NCBI RefSeq assembly: GCF_031769215.1
Contig: NW_026782621.1
Span: 186,001-250,000 of the forward strand
Origin: Ylistrum balloti
Taxonomy: Eukaryota
Direction of reading: 5' to 3'
DNA: 64,000 nucleotides
Both the position numbers and the translations under genes were made by a program. This document shows positions 51,401 through 64,000 of the stretch, in pieces (position 1 is the first letter of the stretch; every line of letters starts with the position of its first letter). The notes under the pieces were generated by a model, which made no database searches, was not told the origin of the DNA, and worked only from the letters and a program-made list of their open reading frames with translations.

Positions 51401-53173
51401 AGACATTGATTGTGATGTCATGATATGAAAAATGACGTTATGTCATGAGTTGAAAATGGTGCCAAAAAAGGATGCCTCCAACTGCTTTTATCATCAACAT
51501 TTTGACTTTAAAACTTTTCTGAGTGATAAACAGTATATAGCCCAGTCTGACAAAGACAAAAGGTCTAAGACTCGTTTCATAAATTCTGATATGAAATGAA
51601 AACTCGTTTAAGATAAGATAAAAAATAAACTGATTCAAATTATTTTGATACTTTTACATAGGCACTGAGTTGCTAGAACTGAAGACGATCATAGCCCAGT
51701 TGAAGGATTACCAAGCACAGGTCTGTATCGTGTTGTGTTTAAAAAAAACTCTCTTCAAATCTGAATCGACCAATGTCATAAATATATTTATTATATAACA
51801 TCCATGGAAACTTCAAATCACCTAGTTAGCGCAAAAAGGAGTTTTGTGAATGCTCCTCTGTGAAGATTTTGCCTGGATTTAATCTACAAAACGAAAACAA
51901 TAAGTATTACATAGTATTGGTTGATGAACATTCCCAAGAATAGATATGATGAAATATGTGATCCATACATGTTGAAAAAATTTAATGAAATCATTATAAA
52001 ATCAAATTCCTAGATTTTGTTGAGGTTCAACAAGGTTATAAACTTGAAAGTGGCTCAGCTGAATGATTTTTGTGTCTGAAATTGTATCGAGTAATAATCA
52101 TCTTGCTAATTCTATTCATTGTATTGTAGATTCAAGAAAAAACCAATACGCGTTGTGTAGAAAAGGTTTGTATACATTAGAAGAGCATGGTGGAGTAAAT
52201 TTGATTTTTCTTCTTAAATTTTCGTTAATTTAAACATGTATATAAATGCACGTTTCAATAATTCTACTAACACATCGCAGATTATATCAAATAACTTTTT
52301 TTCGATTTAATTGATTTGGGGATTTTATCTGCTATGTCCTTGTTTGAAGAACATGATACTTATTTGATTGACGAACGAACATTTACATGACACGCAGAAT
52401 ACCATTATCTTTCTGATTCTACGGTGACCTCCGTGTAAATCTTTATCTGCTTCATATTTCCTCAGGTTTTTTATTTTAGTTTGCATTACGCGTTTTGTTG
52501 ACAATTCAGTACTTTTTTGTCGATTCATGACATAATTTTGTCCTTTCAGAACAAACGACTTGAACTGAAATTACAGCAGTACGACATTAATCTTCGAAAG
52601 GCAAACGCTAAGTTAGAAGAACTCCATGTGGCTTTAAGGTCGCCCTGCTCCTGTGGAAGACCGTCCAGGGCCGTGAACACAGAGAGTCCGTTTAAAAATA
52701 GAATCACGCGTTCTTCCGTTTCGGATAGATCTTGCAAGTTATCGATAAGAAAGAAATGTGCTTCAGAACACTACTTAGAACGTCGAGGGATGAAACCGTT
52801 CACAGGTTTAGAACCTGGACAGTCACAACGTGGAAAGCCAGGTTCAAACAAAATCTCGACCCTGATGACTAGGTCACAATTAAACGTAACACATTCCGAC
52901 AACATGGAACCGGTGAAACAGAGTAGCGGTTATTCAAGTGATACAGAGACCATGGCAACACTGCTGCGCGTCAGTAGTGCTCTGCGATTGCGCCACCGAT
53001 CACAAACAAATTCAGAAAGCAATTGTGATTCAAGCGTGTCCACTGATGGAGATCTAGATTCAGACTGGGAGCCGGTTTCCATTAGCAACAGCATTCCGCT
53101 CACACACTTGACAAATAGTCCAAAGGCTAACAGTACACGCCGTCGATCTTTTTTCAAGGAGACCAATGTCTAG
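42481..53173 (+). CDS. CNGA: Cyclic nucleotide-gated cation channel, alpha-type pore (803 aa from ATG 42481; about 873 aa if the upstream exons are used)
   Basis: Exons, all flanked by AG/GT and phase-consistent: 42481(acceptor 42465)-42636, 42776-42850, 43338-43415, 43579-43686, 44306-44411, 44770-44851, 45134-45233, 46436-46500, 47433-47511, 47765-47883, 48397-48489, 49182-49278, 49491-49599, 49878-49915, 50303-50412, 50553-50622, 50768-50823, 50984-51135, 51662-51720, 52130-52165, 52550-53173 (total 2412 nt). Motifs: [10 protein letters not shown] (S3), [16 protein letters not shown] (pore), [23 protein letters not shown] (S6), [20 protein letters not shown] and [14 protein letters not shown] (CNBD). 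Confidence 0.93.
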
Positions 53174-54491
53174 TAATGCATAAAACGAAACAAAATCGCC
53201 TCATTCTTTGAACAATACATACAATAACAGCTCAGTGGTCACTGATGGCATTATCAAGAAACAAGACTGTGGGGAACTGTGGGATATCTTTTCTCAATTT
53301 CCATACATTAGTTAGTCTGAATATGTACACAGGTTTTTATATTACAAAAGACGAATGCAAGAAATGATTAATTCCACAACAAAAAACGACACAAACCACG
53401 AATATTTCCGTACTCACAGAAAGTGAATTTGCAGTTAAACGATAGAAAAATACCGATCTTGTGTGTAAATGTTTCATTTGATTTAATAATAAAATTGTTT
53501 ATAAATACAACTGGCTTTCGGATGGTGAACACCTAACAACACAGTACTATCTACGTATACCAAACACAAGTTGATTTATGGTCAAATGTCACTGTATCTT
53601 AATTAAAACGAACTTCTGGATACATTATAACATTTAGACTATTTCTGTTCTTTTTTTTAATTTTTGAAGTCACTATTGGAATAACCGTGAAGTTTTAAGT
53701 CTAAATATGTTTCTATTATGCTTAAGTTTTTAAAAATGTGTCTAGGAATATTTATCGTAAGATCACAACGATAAATTTCTTAACTTGAGTTCCAATAAAA
53801 GACCCGTTCAAGTCGAGAGTGAATAGATTCATCTAAAGATTGAAAGAATGCAAGGTCCGATCAGTTTATTTCGGAGCAGACATGGGTAAGTGATGTTATG
53901 TTTGGATGGCTATGTGATCCGTAAGTGCAGAGGAAGTGGGACAGTGCTCTCCCTTCTAAAATTAGCAAAGATTTTTTTTAACATAAACTAAAATCCCATC
54001 AACACACAGATATAGGATTACGGCACTTCAAGTTATATACGAAGTGGAATTTGTTATCTAGATCTATTAGGAAATGTTATCCTCCTGCCGACCGTTGTTA
54101 AAACCTAATCTTTCCCACAGCTTTAATCTAATTTATTTCAATTCCATGTAGTATTAATATGTACTTTACTATTTTCATGTAGTTATGCCAATTTTGCCAT
54201 TTCAGTTAATAATATGCTGTGACCGAATTGATTCACTTCAAATCTGTAACTTGAATCTTTTTCAGTGTACGTCCCTTACATGGAGTTAAAACCATTTTGT
54301 CATTCAGTTAGTAAAATCAAATTTTTCCGAAGTTTTAACCGGTTCACTTTAAATTTGGAGTTTAGGACAAAATCGTTCTAAGGCAGAAATGTCAACCTAA
54401 TACAAATTATGTATCTTTGGAAACTTCATTTAATTAGTTTCATTCATTTTCATTAGGGGTCATTAATGGAAACGTCCAATACAAAGTCTAT

Positions 54492-55396
54492 TTAATATCG
54501 CGTGTGACCATCATTTGCGTTAATCACAGCGTTGATTCTTCTCCTCATGGACCTGGTAGGATACTGTTCCTAAGAAGTCCCAAATGTGCTCTATCGGATT
54601 TAAATCCGGGGATTTTGATGGCCACAGCAACACATTAATGTTATTGGTCCTCAGGTAATTTTCTGTTGCCCGCGCAATGTGCGGGGTGGCGTTGTCATGC
54701 ATTTACGTCAAATTTGGGCCATGACGTCTGAAATATGGTAAAACCTCTCGGTTCAGTACCTCGGCGCAGTACCTTGTTGCAGTAAGATTCCCCGGAATCG
54801 TGATCAGATCTGTTTTGTCATTATGTCTGATTCCTCCCCACGCCATAACACTTACCCTTCCCCAACGGTCGAACTGTTGTACACAGTTATCGTGAAAACG
54901 TTCTCCGCGACGTCGCCAGACCGTACAGCGTCCATCGTCCATGCCGAGACAAAATCTCGATTTGTCTGTGAAAACTACACGATTCTAGACCCGTTGGTGA
55001 TGAAATTGACGTTGGCGAGCCCACCGAAGACGTTGACATCGATGACGTTGTGACAGAACCAAACCTTTATATAGCCGTCGAGCTTTCAACCAAAAAGATT
55101 TTCAGCCATCTTCATAGTGTCCATGGACTGACACGATTCCGAAAATAACGTCGTGACGTCAAATAACGATCCCCGAGATGACAAAGGTGGATGTACCTGT
55201 CCTCTCTGGCGGACATTTTACGCGGTCGACCACTTCTTAGAAGATCTTTTTTTGTTCCGTGAATCCTATACTTTCTCCACAATTTAACGATTGTCAGTCT
55301 TGTCACATTGAATGTTCAGGCAACGTCAGTTTGTCTGACGTTAACTAGGAGCATTCCAACTGCCCTGTTTCTTTGTTCCTTTGTAAGTCGTGGTAT
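54492..55396 (-). mobile_element. Tc1-family DD34E transposase remnant (stops, frameshifts, internal deletion)
   Basis: (I/M)PRLTKEQRNRAVGML, HTH region with SGRPRK, VFTDKSRF, MHDNATPH-34 aa-NPIEHIW and C-terminal SMRRRINAVINANDGHTRY*. Start codon mutated to ATA and several in-frame stops. Paired TIRs were not found. Confidence 0.92.
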
Positions 55397-58249
55397 ATCT
55401 GTATTTGTCAATTATCAATGGCGGATTGCCGGGGGACCTCCGTAGTACAGATGTAAGCGCAGGTAACAAGATACACACCGATAGCGTGCACTGCACGTGC
55501 AAAGTTAGAAAAACAGCAACATTCGGTAAGACGTTTTTACGCTTGGATGGTTTTTCGTTTGTTTTCATTTCAGAACATGATTTTGTGTCAGGAATATCAT
55601 GTTTTATAAATTATACCGATCTTTCTCTCAATTTAAAAAAGAAATATGTTTTTCGCATGTACACTTCCTTTTGCACCTCGGTATGTATGTGTATGTTTGG
55701 AATTTTATGACGAGATAAAAGTTTCAATAAGACGTGGAAGAACCGCATCATTACAACCTGATTTGAGCTTGTGTGCCGTTTACACATATATATTATGGTT
55801 GGACATATTGACGACCACCGGTTGGGAAAGAGAATATATTCGACCACATAATTCGTTGTTTTTGAGGGGGAAAATATGAATAAATATCCGTGTACAACAA
55901 GAACCATAGGTATCACATATAGCTAATGAATACTAATAAACATTTGGAAATATATAGTTTGAAAGGAAGATTGTTTCTGCATTTTTAGTTGAAGTTGTCA
56001 TAATAAAGTTTAACCAAATTTTCAACAAAACGATTATTTCCACAAGTTCAGTGACAAAATCAATGTTTTATCATGTATAAATCTGAAAAGAGTCGTATCA
56101 GACAATTAAGTATATCAGCTCCCCAACACACTAGCAAAACTTTGAAGAGCGTAAAATAAGAATTAGTTTTGCAATTGGTAAAAATTCGAGTGTAATTTCA
56201 TTGCTGTGATATTGTTGCAGTACCATTGCCGTGAATATACTAGCTAAATGGACTGGTGTACAATATAACGTGCATTTTTTTAAATCTCAAATATATCATA
56301 CGTATTCTTTTGTCATATATTCATGCTTGTTAGCGCTACAACGATGCAAAATCATCCAACAGATTCTTATAATTATGCATATGCGATAAACGAAACGGAA
56401 ATCTGAAATTGACGTTTCCAATTTCTATTAATTGGAATTAAAATTCATAAAGTTTCGATCTCGGAACTTTTTGGTCATAGAGCAGAGATAATTTACTAGG
56501 CATTTCTTATTGTATTTGTTGGTATTGTTTTAAACATGTTTTATTTGCAAATATACCAATGCGATCAGCCACACGATAACAATTTATAATTTGTCTCCTT
56601 TCGTAAAAAAATAAATCGTTATATAAACATATGACCGCAAATTAGAAAAACAAAAAATAATGATGATGAAAGAAACATTTGGAAAAATGGAAAAATCGTA
56701 ACAATTTACCAAAACCAAAGGTCAACAAGACTAACTATCCGATGTTACATCAGTGTATGACTTTTATCAGGATCATTACACTAATTAGAATTAATTAGAA
56801 TTTATTGTTATACTGCAAAAACAATTATTTCTATTACCTAAACAGAGACTGGATATATATCAATAAATGTGAATCAACCCAAAGGTGATAGCTTTGATCG
56901 GTCTAAGTTGCTACATTAACGAAGCTCCCGAAAAGATCTCTGGAACCCTGTCGCCATGGATGTGTTTTCGGAATCAAAGTGTCGGTGCTATTTCGTTAGT
57001 TTCCTTGAGGCCTAATTTTGGACTAGTTTAAGACTACCGACAAAAGCCATCCTTTCAATATGCATGAGTGTTGCCAATGTCTGAATTTTAAGTTCCCTTT
57101 TAAACTCGTTTAAATGAATAATATTTATATCCTATGGAAGAAGTGAATTTCTGTATGATGTCAAAAACCAAACGCATATTGCCTGTTTATTGAACTTCTT
57201 AATTCGGGTTTATAAATTGCATCTTGGTGAAAGGGGATGCTTTTATCCTGGCTAGATGATAACGACTTTTATCTTTTTTTTTAATCTAGTTTTAACATAT
57301 GATCTGGAAAAGTGAATGACAACCAGAAAAGGTTATGTTTCCAACAAAACTTACTACTGATTTAAACACTGTGAATAAGCCATATTTCAACTTTCTGGTG
57401 TTTTATGTCCTTTAATCACTACCGGCATATGTTACCCCTACTATTGATTTTCAATACTGAAAATTTAGATTGGATATATATCAATTAACCCGAATCAAAA
57501 TCACGGTGTGCATAACATTATATAAGACAGGCAGATTATATCACCGTGTCTCACCTAGCTTTGATCAAATAAATTATTTGAATTTCGACCAATTTATTAA
57601 AAGGACAATTGAACTCAAACCCCTTTTAACAACATCATTATATATAAATTGTGTAAAATTGTCAAACAACACATGTCAAAGATTCTGATGACATTTGCCA
57701 GCTTGTTGCACATTCTCGAAAATATAGTAGCATTTAAGCGAATTTGACAAAAATAGATAAATAAATAAAAATCAGTATCTCTTAATATATCAGTTAGCTT
57801 CAAATCTAAAAAAAACTTATTCTGGGCTTCCATTCATTCATTGAACAAAGCAAAACATACTCTTACATTTGGTCACTGTCACTTTTCACTTCCCTTTCCT
57901 TGTTGTTTGACACTTGGTTGGTTTTACAATGGTGTATCTTTAATTTCATTGTAAAATAATTCATTTTATCATGAAAAAGGTAAATAATTATATAAAACAC
58001 TTCAAAAAGATTATAGATACATAAATAGTGTTTGTCATTTACAACTAATAATTATTTCATCCATAAATACATATTACGTGAAAGAATTATGTATTTTTAA
58101 AAAAAATGGTGTAAATAATCGACTTGCAGGGTGTTAATATTTTTGACAAAAGAGCCCGTTCAGTGGAGATAAGTCAGACCAGTTCTTTTTCTATTAACAT
58201 GATGCCTAAGGAACCTTAATCAACTTGATGGTTCATCAAGTCAATTTCT

Positions 58250-58700
58250 GAAAATCTGAAAACATGCTACTATGTAAACACATTTACTATAACCAAAGAC
58301 CTATTGCTTGTTGAACAGGAGAAATATTAAATTCCTAACACATTTGGCTTCTGTAACTTTGAAAGTATGCCAGGGTCATTCATTTGAACAAATTAGGAAG
58401 CCTTTGATCCCAGCCTGCTACCAAACCAATATCAGCAACCTAGGCCCAGTATTAATACCCTAGGCTTTTTGGTTATTGAAAAGAAGTTGTTGAAAGATTT
58501 CAACATATTAAACCTGTGACATTGAAATTAGGCCAAGGTCGTGCAATTGTACAAACTTGTTTGCCCTTCATCCTTTATGCTAAAGGCCCATTAATTTTTA
58601 TCAGTGCCCAGAGCCTTTTGGTTATTGAGAAGTTGCTTGAAGGGAAAAATTGATGCTGGTTGGACATTCCAAGGCAAAGGGCACATACAGGTGAGCTAAA
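58250..58700 (+). mobile_element. HINE-like element remnant with degenerate internal repeats
   Basis: Two related internal units (TTTGAACAAATT.../GGCTTTTTGGTTATTGAAAAGAAGTT vs TTGTACAAACTT.../GCCTTTTGGTTATTGAGAAGTT) and terminal CAGGTGAGCTAAA. Boundaries are approximate. Confidence 0.45.
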
Positions 58701-59138
58701 GTACAAAAATAAGTTTAAAAATACTTTTACAAATGTGTATGTATGACAGTGATATTCTGCTCTAGGGCCACAAAATAAAATACTTTTGTCAATTTTCCCT
58801 GGATAGTAAATGAAGCAGCCTTTTGTGTGTTCCTGATCTTGTATTTTTCAATGATGTCTGAACTTTTTCATGTTCATGTTTGCCTTCATGTAATAGATTT
58901 TCACTCTAAATTCTAACAAGCATGATCATCATTTCGAATGAGATGCATTCTATGCCTTCTTCACAGCATGGTATCTTTGCACACTTAATGAACTGGATAA
59001 TCAAGACGCAGTTGGTTATTTAATTTTTCACAAAATTTGATTTCTATAGGATGAAGGACTAACATATTTGTTGAAATGGATTACCTGGAATCATTTCCAA
59101 AGTCAAAGAGGTCAAATGGGATAAATCATTTTGACAGC

Positions 59139-59376
59139 TTTTTACCCCACAGCCCGAAAGGGTGTGGGGTATTGCGATCACGCACAGCGTCCATCCGTCT
59201 GTCCACAATTGCATACCGCTTATTATCTCAAAAACTACATCACCGGTCATTTTCACTGGGCCCATGGACCTACGCAACCCATTCTTGAGATAACTTTCCA
59301 CTCACCCCAACCACACATTTCCAACTATATAATAAGGCTGTGGGGTATTGCCCGCATTTGCGGAGCTATTTTTTTT
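59139..59376 (-). mobile_element. Short (about 235 bp) HINE with both termini intact
   Basis: Hairpin TACCCCACAGCCC-gaaa-GGGTGTGGGGTA (59143-59171), GTCCATCCGTCTGTCC microsatellite, subterminal copy GGCTGTGGGGTATTG (59336-59350), small palindrome CCGCA-tt-TGCGG, flanked by T-runs. Confidence 0.75.
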
Positions 59377-60933
59377 CAATAACAAGGACATGATATAGGG
59401 CCAGTAGCATTAGCAAGAAGTAGCAAATGGCTACTTCCCAGGTAGCATGTGTTAAAATCATTAAATGATTTCTCAGTAAATAAAAAAGAGATTCAGGGTC
59501 ATGGTATTGGTCCTATTGTATGTTGCGAAGAAAGGCTACCAAATTTGTTAAAATGAATGACTTCTCCTATTTTAAGGTCACATGGAATGAATGTGATGAA
59601 ATATTTAAATGAATTCAATGTCACCCCAGGTCAAGTGTATCTGTCCATATTGTGTCATCTTTTAAAAGTTAATATTCATGTGTCAATGAATAAAATCTTT
59701 TCTTCTCTTAAAGGTGCAGATACTTCTTGCAGTGTCATAAATGAAAGAACAAAATATACACAAGCAGCTTCTACTGTGTATTGATCAAACTGAACATTTA
59801 TTATGCTTATAAAACATCATTTAAGCTTGGATATATTTACATGTATACTCATGTTTCATATGAAACTGGTTAGAATTTTGTTAAAATATAAATTTCATTA
59901 TTTACTACATAGAATTGTTTAAGATATTAAGTTTGTGCTTAATATGTCAAAATGTCTTCTTTAGGTTGTAAGTTTCTTCCTATACCTGGTCATATCGAGA
60001 AACCAACAAAATGGTGATGCATGACATTGGATTATTTCTGTCATTCATTGTGCAATAATTCAAGTCTGCATACATTTAAATATTGACAATGTATATTAAG
60101 ACAGCCCTAACTGAATCAACTTGTCTACTTCAGTATTATAATGTAAATTATTAAATCCTGAGTGAACATACCCTTAAAGCCAAATTTAAATTGAACTCAT
60201 CATAAACTTAATTTTATAATGATCTTGAAATAAAGTATATAAATTTATATTAATATTCATTCTGGCTAAAAATGAAGTACACAGGGAGTCTAAATGTGGA
60301 AGGTAACCAAAGTACTCAATGAAAACCTGTAAGATCTGGATGTTCAGCCAAAGCGTTTTCATATCTGATAAAAAAACAAGTACCTCTTTTATGCTCTGGT
60401 TATAGTCTACCACTCAAATATCCTGTAAATCTGACTATCATATCACACTGTATGTTTTAAAACTGTATCATACTTTTATCAACAGACAATGGTACGCTGG
60501 TCATATATCTGATGAAAGTGGGCAAGAAAATATCTGAACAAAGTAATCAAAATGTCATACAAGCCAGTCAATATTGACAAAGTATGTGCTCATCAAAATA
60601 TCATAATTTCCACACTTCATTATATAATTATATATATATATAACTCTATTTTATGACTATCACAAAAAAATTATCAAAACTATGAAATGTATCTGTTAAA
60701 GAAGCAAACACTGTAACACTGATATCATGCATGTTTTTGGCTTCAAAGCATGCAATGTTGTTTGACAATCACAGTAATACATATAATAAAAACACTCAAA
60801 AAAACAAAAGATAGATTTTAAAGAGCAAAATTTCAAGACAATTCAAATTTTGACTTATCATCTGCCTTCTTGTCAAAGTGTATGTTTGTAGTCCTCTGAA
60901 ATTTGCATGTATTAGAAAAAGTTTGTAGAATCA

Positions 60934-61925
60934 TCAGTCTTTTTTCGTATCGTCATTGTCATTATCCATGTACTCCAGTTTTGATTCAATTCCTACTTTT
61001 TTAAGTTCTTCAATTAATTCTCCACTTTTGTGCATCTCAAATAAAATGTCGCAGCCACCAATAAATTCACCTCCAAAGAAAACTTGTGGTATAGTAGGCC
61101 ATTCAGTGTAATCTTTGACACCTGGAAAAAACAAGAGAAAAACAATAATGGTATGAAGAGAAATGTTTTCAACTCATTTTTTTTTTAAATTCATGTGAAG
61201 AAAGATCCAAAGTGAAAATCAAAGAACAATCTAATGAAATATCATTCACTTCCTTATTTACTATAGTGTAAAGTATGGAGTGAAACACAAAATCTGATTG
61301 GTGCCAAGTGAATTGTGAGATCTTATTTTCTACATCTACTTCTTAAGTATTCTGATAAACTTCTTATACACTGGTTGCTGAAGACGTGAAGTACAGAAGA
61401 AAAGAGAAATAATGTTTAGTGGAGATGGAGACATATCTTGTGGATTTGGTTCCATTGAGTAAAACTGGATTTGAATTAAATTGATTAAACAGAGAACTGT
61501 CCTGTTAAATTCAGTTATTAATTTATGACAGTTTCAACAGCAAGCAATTCATCAAAATGAGGAAACATGTTACATTATTTTATCACAAGATCTATAGCAG
61601 TAGTATTTTTATCACACATAACAGTAAAAAGTCATTTTTGCACGATAACTAATTACTGACCTTGTCTCATATCTTCATCTGCGAGGACATTGTGTGCATC
61701 ATATTGATTCACTCCGTGAACGTGCAAGATCTGTACAACAGCATTGCTGAAGCCACATCGAGGAGTCTCGGGAGTGCCTTTCATGAACACAACAACAGGT
61801 TTGTCTTTTACAATTGCCTCAATAAACTCTTTTGAGCCAGATTTCGCAGAATAATGTGCGGCAAGCAGTCGCGAATATGACAAACTCTTTGAAGGAAGCA
61901 CCATGCGTCGCAGAAGGGCACTCAT
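60934..61925 (-). CDS. GLRX5: Glutaredoxin-5, mitochondrial monothiol CGFS glutaredoxin, 150 aa, 2 exons (61661-61925, 60934-61121)
   Basis: Arg/Ser-rich transit-like N-terminus [67 protein letters not shown]. Phase-1 intron G|GTCAGT...TTCCAG|GT; TGA at 60934. Confidence 0.96.
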
Positions 61926-62233
61926 GATTGTAACTGATAGAAAATGCCCTAGCGCATTTCCGGTATATATCCTTCCAATTCCGGCTGTAGAATAAAAATA
62001 GTGCAATATATCAACTACCAATACTGACTGTATTTAAATTAAAATGTATCATTCTAACACATTTTGAATATTTTAACGATTATGCTTCTTATCTTACTGT
62101 TTCTTTTAAATCAATTAATTTCGTTTATGCAATATTTTTGGCGTATTAATCTCTTGTAAAGTTGTAAACTTCCGGTTAGCGTGTCACTGGTGTCACTTCA
62201 AGCACATGCAGTGGGAAAAGAGGCTGGGCTGAC
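61926..62233. promoter_or_regulatory. Putative bidirectional promoter with ETS/GABP-type site
   Basis: Only 308 nt separate the divergent start codons. ACTTCCGG (CCGGAAGT on -) lies at 62168-62175. Confidence 0.55.
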
Positions 62234-64000
62234 ATGGAATCTGTATCTGACATTGCACAGCAATTGAAAACAGCAGTTGATGTTGACAGAGCAGACATAG
62301 TCAGATCTATATTATCGACACTGCAACAAAGTAATTGAATATACTTGTGTTACAAAAAATGCATACTTGGTTTTATTTTAAGTTTCCAAAGAACACTTCC
62401 TAACAGGAGCCCACTCGATCTTCGGATAAGAAATCGTGTTTATTCTTTTTTAATCTTTGTGACTGCATAGGGGAAAAGATGCTGGTGATCCACTCATCTG
62501 CATTTATTACAGCATTAATGATTCATGATAATTCAAATTTTACAGATAGGTATATGTGCGAAACCTATGGTTATTCCAAGTACTTAACTGCAGTTATTTC
62601 TGAATTCATTATACATGCTGCATGTATGTCACCAACTGATATTATCCATCAATAAGTCATGCATGGTGATAAGCTAACCCATGTCTATTACTGTTCAGCA
62701 GAATTACAAACAGACGTGTCTGCATTGTTGTTCTGTAATAAGCCCATTCTCTGATTTCGAGTCATGATTTGTATATTGGGATTATTTCAGATATATAATC
62801 ATTCCAGAGAATCCTGTTCCCCTGATTCTTCAGGCTTATGTATCTGAAACCAAACCTAATTAAAAATCATGACTCGGATACCACCTTGCAAAATGTGCAT
62901 ACAGCCATACAACACAGAATAACTAGTGAGGCCACACAATGTTAAAACCAAATCTGAATAAAACATATAAGTGTATTTGTTTAGTTCTTCCTTGAGACCA
63001 CTGATCCATGCCTTTTACATAGTCCTATAGGATCGTGTTTTGTCCTTTCATTAAGTCTTTGACATTGCCTATTGTGACATAAAAGAAGAAAAAACTATCA
63101 CCTCTTATATGTGAATTGAAAAATGTTTGTGTCTGTAATAAGCACATTGTAGCATCATTGGGTTAATTGAAACATTGTCCATATTGATCTGTTCTATAAA
63201 AAAGGAAATATATTGCTGTATTCATTTAACTTTTTTAACTTTAAGTCTTAGTATATGTAGTGTAGTGCTGTTTTTGGTGTTATATCTGCTTCAGTTATTT
63301 GTACATCTTCTGAATTATGTTTGTGAGGATGATTATATGTAATTATTGATTGATTTACTTATAGAACTATCTATAAATGTCTTTCTTTCCAGATAATAAA
63401 GATATCCTTCAGAGTGTGTTGAGTGAAGTCAATAATGAGGATGGGACCTTACTTCACCTGGCTGCTAAGGTATAACATAAACCAAATATCTATTTGGAGA
63501 AAAAAATGTATTTGCAAATTCATCTCTTTTATGTTTCAATTTCAAAAATATGTGTTGTAATTATTAGCATTTTTCAAGGTATAAAATCATGGAATAACGT
63601 TGGATTCAAAGTCATAAAGGTGATCTTTATTTATATTGATTAGCTTATTCAGAATATTGAATGAGATTGCTATATTAAATATATGAAAAATAAAATCTAA
63701 AGGATAAACAGCATGCTTCAAAAGGTCTTAAGTAAGGCTTTTCTTGTGTACCTGCTATTTTCTAAACCAGGATTCTTGGCTTACTTTGTAGAATATTTTA
63801 TTCTGCCAAGAGTATATTGCCAACAGGATCATTTTCAACTATATTTATAACTAAAATTATTGATCATATTTCGTCTTTTTATTCCTTCCTGCACTTCAGG
63901 AATAATCTAAGTTTGGTGTTGTATTCAAATTCTATTATATAACAGGGTGGTAAAACAGACATAGTGCGTAGCCTATTGGCAGCAGGTGCTGACCCTGGCA
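62234..64000 (+). CDS. Ankyrin-repeat protein, 5' part (exons 62234-62330, 63393-63469, 63946->64000)
   Basis: Spliced frame MESVSDIAQQLKTAVDVDRADIVRSILSTLQQN|NKDILQSVLSEVNNEDGTLLHLAAK|GGKTDIVRSLLAAGADPG. It contains the ankyrin consensus G-T-x-L-H-L-A-A...IVxxLLxxGAD, and the intron phases are consistent. Confidence 0.8.

Noticed and set aside
53915-53940. CCGTAAGTGCAGAGGAAGTG as a possible left TIR of the Tc1 element
   Set aside because: Only a short gapped match to the inverted right end (CCGAGGTGCAAAAGGAAGTG) and no clear TA junction.

Overview
AT-rich eukaryotic genomic DNA with GT-AG introns. It is probably from a bivalve mollusc, inferred from the repeat families and gene architecture. 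Main content: (1) A tandem cluster of three minus-strand paralogs, each with a single coding exon, encoding CARD-CARD-divergent linker-alpha-helical C-terminal domain proteins. One is intact (14505-16613, 702 aa). One is cut short by an in-frame TAA (21369-23303, 644 aa, with homology continuing 26 codons past the stop). The third is a heavily decayed copy absent from the ORF track (about 11479-12459), in which CARD1 is fused to the end of CARD2 and the 3' end abuts a 27-bp minisatellite. (2) A complete multi-exon cyclic nucleotide-gated (CNG) channel gene on the + strand: 21 exons read by hand at 42481-53173, plus three phase-compatible upstream exons back to 30055. (3) A decayed Tc1 DD34E transposase. 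(4) A two-exon mitochondrial monothiol glutaredoxin (GLRX5), head-to-head with an ankyrin-repeat gene that runs off the window. (5) Minisatellites, Helentron-associated (HINE-like) elements and a tRNA-derived SINE. All alignments and identities were done by eye; no database searches were run.
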